From positions 288,001 through 352,000 of the forward strand of contig CAWAMW010000015.1 in NCBI GenBank assembly GCA_963783305.1: a stretch of DNA of 64,000 nt, in the 5' to 3' direction. The DNA comes from an uncultured Gemmatimonadales bacterium. Its GTDB lineage: Bacteria; Gemmatimonadota; Gemmatimonadetes; Longimicrobiales; RSA9. Shown here piece after piece: positions 58,821-64,000 of this stretch. Position 1 is the stretch's first letter; each line of letters opens with the position of its first letter. The notes under the pieces are model-generated. The model ran no database searches. It saw only the letters and a list, made by a program, of their open reading frames with translations, and was not told where the DNA came from. Made by a program: the position numbers and the translations under genes.

Positions 58821-59567
58821 TCATCCGTAGAGAAGGACGATCCCGATGACCGCCACGGTGTTCCAGGCCGCGTGCGCCACCATGGGCGCCACCAGCCGGC
58901 CGGTTCCCAGGAACAGCCCCACGTACGCGGCGCTCGGCACCAGGATGTCCGCCCAGGCCACCCACCCCACCGGCAGGTGGCCGAGAGCGAAGAATACGGT
59001 GGAGAACAGCCCGGCCACCAGCAGCGCGCCCCTGGAGCCGCCGATGATCCCGGCCAGGACCGTGATGATGAACCCGCGATTGTAGAGCTCCTCCGCGACG
59101 CCGCCGCCGAGCACGCCCAGCGGGAGGTACCACGCAACGTCGGCCCAGCTCCCGTCCACCATTGCGAGAATCGCCGCGATGTCCGGACGCGCGGCGCCAC
59201 CGGTGGCCGGGAAGAGCAGCCCGAACTGGACGATGGCCCAGGCGGCCGCCACGGCGAGCCCCAGCGCCGCGTCGCCGCGCCAACCCGCCGAGGTCACGCC
59301 AATGTCGCGGGGACGCATGCCGAGCATCCGGACGCCACCCAGCACCACCGCGCCCACGAGGATCAGCTGCACGACCCCCAGCACCGCCAGGTTCGCCCCG
59401 CCGTAGCCGCCGCCGTACCCCATCTGGAAGAAGATCGCGGGCGCCGCGAACATGGCGAAGCCAAGGATCGTGACCAGCAGGAAAGCCGCGACCCACCTCC
59501 CCCGGGAGACCGCCGGGCTGGGAAGGTGCGTGCGCGGCGTGGAGGGCGGAGTGGTCGTCGTCGTCAT
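58821..59567 (-). CDS. CPBP (CAAX/Abi) intramembrane metalloprotease
   Basis: AEELYNRG, FALGH, AHAAWN. Confidence 0.88.
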   Translation of the reverse strand: MTTTTTPPSTPRTHLPSPAVSRGRWVAAFLLVTILGFAMFAAPAIFFQMGYGGGYGGANLAVLGVVQLILVGAVVLGGVRMLGMRPRDIGVTSAGWRGDAALGLAVAAAWAIVQFGLLFPATGGAARPDIAAILAMVDGSWADVAWYLPLGVLGGGVAEELYNRGFIITVLAGIIGGSRGALLVAGLFSTVFFALGHLPVGWVAWADILVPSAAYVGLFLGTGRLVAPMVAHAAWNTVAVIGIVLLYG

Positions 59568-59879
59568 GGGCCTCGATGGGGGCTGGCGGGGGTCCGGCTG
59601 GCGACTGCCGCCGGCTCGTCTACCCCGCCTACGGGCCCCGCGCCCGCCCAGATTCAGTCCGAGGTCCCGGACCGGGCCTCCCGCACCGGGAACCAGATCT
59701 CGAACCCGCCCTCACCCGTCGACCCCACAAGGGAATTCCGATCAGGAGCGTGCTGAACAGTGCATCCCCCACCTTCCCCTGCCGCACTTCACGCCTGGCG
59801 GAGCGCCGGCGCGCCGAGAACTCCCGGCCGTACGCACACCCATTCGCCGCACTGCTCCTCGTCTCTGCGCTGTCCGTGG

Positions 59880-60013
59880 GCTTTCCCCCGTGGACCGAGG
59901 ACGGCGCGGAGACGAGCACCATCGCCCGGTTCGTCCACCTCTGGCACGAGGAGGACGGACGCTGGCGGATCTCACGCGCGCTGAGCTTCGAGCACAGGTC
60001 GGTGCCGCGGTGA
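59880..60013 (+). pseudogene. C-terminal fragment of an NTF2-like (DUF4440-type) protein
   Basis: ARFVHLWHEEDGRWRISRALSFEH with no matching N-terminus. Confidence 0.45.
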
Positions 60014-60205
60014 CCCCCGGCCCCGGTTCCCGTTTTCCTTCGCATAGCGGGGTGAAATCCCCGGTGGCGAGTCCGAGCGCGCACGACCGTGGGATTCCCG
60101 CCGGATAACGCTGCAAAATCGCCGAGCGCGCTCCAGGGCGCCGACGCTGCTCGCGAGCAGCGCGCGAGCAGCGCGCGAGCGTGGAAGGAAACCGACGCCA
60201 GGAGC

Positions 60206-60290
60206 CTACCTGTCCGACCAGACCGCGAGCTCGTTCCCGCTCGGGTCCCGGAAGTAGAACCTCCGACCGCCAGGGAACGCGTACGGCTCC
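60206..60290 (-). pseudogene. 3' fragment of a VOC/glyoxalase gene, near-copy of 61923-62007
   Basis: EPYAFPGGRRFYFRDPSGNELAVWSD. Confidence 0.7.
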
Positions 60291-60474
60291 GCACGGCGCG
60301 GTCGGTGGCGGCGTCCTGGTCGATGTCGGCGTGCTGGCGGACGTGTCGAACTGTGCGTGCAGCGCGCCGAAATCGAACGTGGGCTCCGGCGGGGATCCAG
60401 TCGAAGCCGTCCCCAGAGTCGGCGTGAGCACCAGCCGCGTCTCGCTGCCGCAGTCCCCGGGTCCTTCCTGACGC

Positions 60475-61530
60475 TCATTCCGCTCCCCCTCCCCGGAGCC
60501 GACCCAGCGCCCGGCCGATCGAGGGCGGCAGGAGGAGGTCGTCGGCGATGGCGGCGATGCCCTCGGCATCGCGCCACGCGGCCTCCAGCTCTGCCAGCTC
60601 GCCCCGCACCGCCCGCAGCTCCGCCTCTTCGTGGAGCGCCATTTCCAGTGCGATCCGGTCGGGCTCGCTCAAGCGGAAGAGACCGCTGTCGTAGCGGCCG
60701 CTCCAGCTCGTCTTCGGCTTCGGTTTGCCGATCGATTGCAGGCGGACGGCCGTTGCGTCGGGGGCGTACACCCCCAGCTGCTCCAGGAACCCTTCGGCGC
60801 CCACCGCGTCCAGGAACCCCACGGCGGAACGGACGGCCGGCGACCGACCTCCGTAGCGGTTCACGTGAGGCATCAGGGCGCCCGCCACGCGCAGCGCCTC
60901 ACGGCCGTCCAGCCGGGCCGTGCCGCCGTGAAACGCGAGGTCCACGGCGAGCGGTCCGTCGGCGCCCGCCACCAGCCGCGTCTCGGCGAGGTTACGCCGC
61001 CGTACCGCCACGTCGCCGGCGCTCTCCGTGCGGAGCCGCGCCACCACGCGCTCCGCCCGTCCGTTCACGATCGTCTCCATCGCGCCCGCTGCCATCCCAC
61101 CGAACATCCCGACCGCCAGGCCGGCCATGGCGCCACCGGCGATCCCCAGGCCCAGGGCACCGATCCCGCCCCCGGCCAGCACCAGCCGCCGACGCCGGCG
61201 CCGGCCGAACTGGTCGCCATACCGCCACGCCGCGAACTCGGGGCGCAACGGGTCGCCGATCCGGACCAGGTCGGTGCCGTCCGCCGTGCGCGTAAGACCG
61301 ATGTGCTCCGTCGAGACCCGCTGCCTCGTGCCACGGAACAGCCGCTCCGCCTCCTCGACCGCCTCCCACCGCTCCTCCAGAGGCGTCAGGTTCCAGCGCT
61401 CGCACCGGCGGCACACGACCCAGAGGCGGCCCTTCCGCCCGTCGAACGCCAGGCGCCGCCCGACGGGGAAGTGCTCCAGCGCCTCGTTCCGGCCGAGGTC
61501 GGCATTGCAGAAGATGCAGGTCGAGTACAC
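60475..61530 (-). CDS. Conserved hypothetical protein with N-terminal CxxC...CxxC and a central hydrophobic segment
   Basis: CIFC, CRRC, WNLTPLEERWE, ALEMALHEE. Confidence 0.8.
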   Translation of the reverse strand: MYSTCIFCNADLGRNEALEHFPVGRRLAFDGRKGRLWVVCRRCERWNLTPLEERWEAVEEAERLFRGTRQRVSTEHIGLTRTADGTDLVRIGDPLRPEFAAWRYGDQFGRRRRRRLVLAGGGIGALGLGIAGGAMAGLAVGMFGGMAAGAMETIVNGRAERVVARLRTESAGDVAVRRRNLAETRLVAGADGPLAVDLAFHGGTARLDGREALRVAGALMPHVNRYGGRSPAVRSAVGFLDAVGAEGFLEQLGVYAPDATAVRLQSIGKPKPKTSWSGRYDSGLFRLSEPDRIALEMALHEEAELRAVRGELAELEAAWRDAEGIAAIADDLLLPPSIGRALGRLRGGGAE

Positions 61531-61533
61531 GGT

Positions 61534-61868
61534 CTAAGTGCCCTCTCCGCTCACACTTCGGACCGCCCGGGGGATCCCGAACTGGACGATGGTGCCCGCG
61601 CACATCATGCACGGGCTGAGCGTCGTGTACATGGTCACACCGGCGTAGCGACCGCGGCGCCCGGCCGCCGGAGACAGTCCATCTCGCCGTGCGCGGTCGG
61701 ATCGCCGTCCTGGACCCGCCGATTGTGGCCGCGCGCGATCACCGCCCCGCCCTCCACCATCACGGCGCCGATGGGCAGACCGCCCTCCTCGTACGACTTC
61801 ACGGCCTGGTCGACGGCCATCCGCAGATACGCGGCGTCCGGACGGTCCCCGGCGACGATCTCGGTCAT
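61534..61868 (-). pseudogene. Nucleoside/cytosine deaminase, frameshifted and 3'-truncated
   Basis: PIGAV...HGE in one frame and SPCMMC in another. Confidence 0.75.
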
Positions 61869-61922
61869 CAGTTTCCTTTCCTCGAAGCGTCGCGCCGGTA
61901 CGGCACCGGCTCACGACTCCGC

Positions 61923-62285
61923 CTACCCGTCCGACCACACCGCGAGCTCGTTGCCGCCCGGGTCCCTGAAGTGGAACCTCCGCCCGCCAGGGAACGCGTA
62001 TGGCTCCCGCACGACCTCGCCGCCCGCCTCCCGGACCGCCGCGACGGTGCGCTCCAGGTCATCGGAGTACAGGATGACCAGCGGCCCGCCCGCCGCACCC
62101 TCCGCGCTCAGCCGCAGGCCACCGGCCTCGCCGCCGTCCTGCTTCCGGATCCCGGCGTACTCCGGCCCGTAGTCGTTGAACTGCCAGTCGAACGCGGCGG
62201 CATAGAAGCGCTTTGCCTCCTCGATGTCGCCGACTTCGAACTCGATGTAGTTGATCTCGTGGTGGTTGGGCTGATCGGCTGCCAC
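61923..62285 (-). CDS. VOC/glyoxalase family protein
   Basis: INYIEF...AKRFY...FPGGRRFHFRDPGGNELAVWS. Confidence 0.9.
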   Translation of the reverse strand: MAADQPNHHEINYIEFEVGDIEEAKRFYAAAFDWQFNDYGPEYAGIRKQDGGEAGGLRLSAEGAAGGPLVILYSDDLERTVAAVREAGGEVVREPYAFPGGRRFHFRDPGGNELAVWSDG

Positions 62286-62547
62286 GGGCTCCCCCCCTCT
62301 GGAATGGGTAATCGACGCTGATATCGAAGTGCAGGACGTCCTCTGGCCGCTACTCGCGGAACTCCGCGATCTCTCGCAGATACCTCTGGGACTCTGTAAC
62401 GCCCATCCCGGCGCGTTCAGGGCCTCCGGACGGGTCACTTATTTCCGCGATCCGCTGTGCTGCTCGCCAGGTCCTACATTCCTCCTGGTTGGGCGAAGTC
62501 CGGGGGGCGCGTCGTACCGCTCGATCGCCTTGTGGCAGTCCATGGCA

Positions 62548-63999
62548 CTAGTCACAGACCCGCGGCGCCTCGAACCGCTGCGGCCCAAGCGAACCTCTGA
62601 GCCCCACGACGTTCCCGGCCGCGTCCCGCTGGAATCGGATGTGGACGCCGGGGACCACCCGGACGGTGAACGCATCTCGCCCTGTGGCGAACAGCTCCGC
62701 CTCGCCCTCGCCCGGCATGAAGACGAACGGACGGCCCGCCCACTCGAAGATGCGGATCACCGCCCCCGGCGCCAGCGCGTACTCGCCATAGTAGTCGGCC
62801 AGGACGGTGTCGGAGAGCTCGATCACGGCCGGCCAGTCGTAGGGCGGTGCCTGGCTCTCGAACGCCACGGGCGACAGGGGCGACAGCTCGGGGTCCGGCT
62901 CCGGCGGCCCGCGCATCGCCCCGGCGATCCCGGCGGCGATGGTCCAGGCGTCGCGCCCGCTGATGGGGCGGCTGTTGTCGGTGTCGCCCCGGTGCACGAC
63001 GACCAGGTCGAGCTCCGGCACGACGGCCACGAGCTGCCCGCCCGTCCCGCTGCCCGCGTAGATGCGGTAGGGGGCGAGGGGTGCGTAGCGGTCGGCGGTG
63101 AGGGAGCCGGGATCGTAGGTCCACCACATGAGGGCGTAGCCGCGGCCGTCGCCGAAGTCGGAGACGGGCCGGGTGCTGCCGGCCACCCAGTCGGCGGGGA
63201 CCACCTGCTCGCCGGCCCAGCGGCCCTCCTGGAGGTAGAGCTGGCCGAAACGGGCGAGGTCGCGGGCGGACATGCGGATGGTGTGGGCGGGATGGTCCGA
63301 GAGGGACGGCTCCCAGACGCGCGTGCCGTCCTCCGGCCTCCAGTCCTCCATGCCCAGCGGCCGAGCGATCCGCGCGGCGAACGAGTCGTAGAGGTCCTCC
63401 CCCGTCTCCCGCTCGTAGATGACCCCGGCCACGTTGAAGTCCCAGTTGTTGTAGAACCAGTGGCTGCCAGGGTCGTGGGCGCCCCGGTCCGGCCGCACCT
63501 CGTCCTGGTCGGACGGCGCGTACGCCGCGCCCAGGTAGACACCCGACCGGGCGGCCAGGAGGTCCCGTACCCGGGCACCCTTCTCCGAGCTGGTGAGGGG
63601 AGTGGCGTCGTCGATGCCGAGCTCCGCCAGCGTCGCGTCCAGATCCACCGCGCCCCGCGCAACGGCCGTTCCGTACAGCCCGCTCACCAGGCTCTTCCGC
63701 ACCGAATGCAGCTCCAGCTCCCGGGCCACGTCACCCCAGGCGGCGATGACGTGGCCGCGGTAGACGGCGACCACGGCGCCGGACTGCACGCTGTCGGCGT
63801 AGCCACGGACGCTGTCCAGCGCCGCTGCCGAGAACCCCGCCTCCCCGGGCGACGCGTACTGGAGCCACCGGCCCTCCTCCGCGGACGACGTGTACGTGGG
63901 TCCGGCCCCTCGCGGGGCGTCGGGCGTCGGAGCCGCCATCCCGCCGCAGCCGGCAAGGAGAGCGGAGACGAGACAGAGCTCGAGCACGCGTGTGTTCAT
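62548..63999 (-). CDS. Beta-lactamase-fold serine hydrolase lipoprotein
   Basis: LAGC lipobox, SVRK (SxxK), YNN, SARDLARFGQLYL. Confidence 0.9.
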   Translation of the reverse strand: MNTRVLELCLVSALLAGCGGMAAPTPDAPRGAGPTYTSSAEEGRWLQYASPGEAGFSAAALDSVRGYADSVQSGAVVAVYRGHVIAAWGDVARELELHSVRKSLVSGLYGTAVARGAVDLDATLAELGIDDATPLTSSEKGARVRDLLAARSGVYLGAAYAPSDQDEVRPDRGAHDPGSHWFYNNWDFNVAGVIYERETGEDLYDSFAARIARPLGMEDWRPEDGTRVWEPSLSDHPAHTIRMSARDLARFGQLYLQEGRWAGEQVVPADWVAGSTRPVSDFGDGRGYALMWWTYDPGSLTADRYAPLAPYRIYAGSGTGGQLVAVVPELDLVVVHRGDTDNSRPISGRDAWTIAAGIAGAMRGPPEPDPELSPLSPVAFESQAPPYDWPAVIELSDTVLADYYGEYALAPGAVIRIFEWAGRPFVFMPGEGEAELFATGRDAFTVRVVPGVHIRFQRDAAGNVVGLRGSLGPQRFEAPRVCD

Positions 64000-64000
64000 G

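Noticed and set aside
1..64000. rRNA or tRNA genes
   Set aside because: None recognised by eye; tRNAscan-SE and Infernal would be needed to exclude them.

Overview
High-GC bacterial window whose gene content suggests Gemmatimonadota (inference only). The main feature is an atypical integron-like system at about 3.4-13.7 kb. A tyrosine recombinase (3438-4535) has an extra N-terminal HARP-like domain and lacks the insertion that defines IntI integrases. Downstream on the same strand lie an attI-like site (G|TT at 4638) and 14 gene cassettes separated by 13 long attC-like repeats (156-159 bp). The repeats are predicted to fold as a branched three-way junction, and the two ends of each cassette are 9-10 bp reverse complements. 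The array stops at a half-site (13657-13666). It is followed by about 11 kb of short co-oriented genes carrying eroded repeat remnants, including an OsmC-like gene with an in-frame UGA at the catalytic Cys and a SECIS-like hairpin. The rest of the window holds peptidases (M14, M28, S46), a nitrilase, tryptophanase, a sodium:solute symporter, FabH and RsgA. It also holds an internally deleted RAYT-like transposase between 35-bp inverted repeats and a 13-kb operon of four paralogous multi-GAF histidine kinases plus a response regulator, facing a HisKA-HisKA-REC-degenerate cyclase gene. Several genes are frameshifted, through decay or assembly error. All family assignments are from motif recognition; no database search was run.
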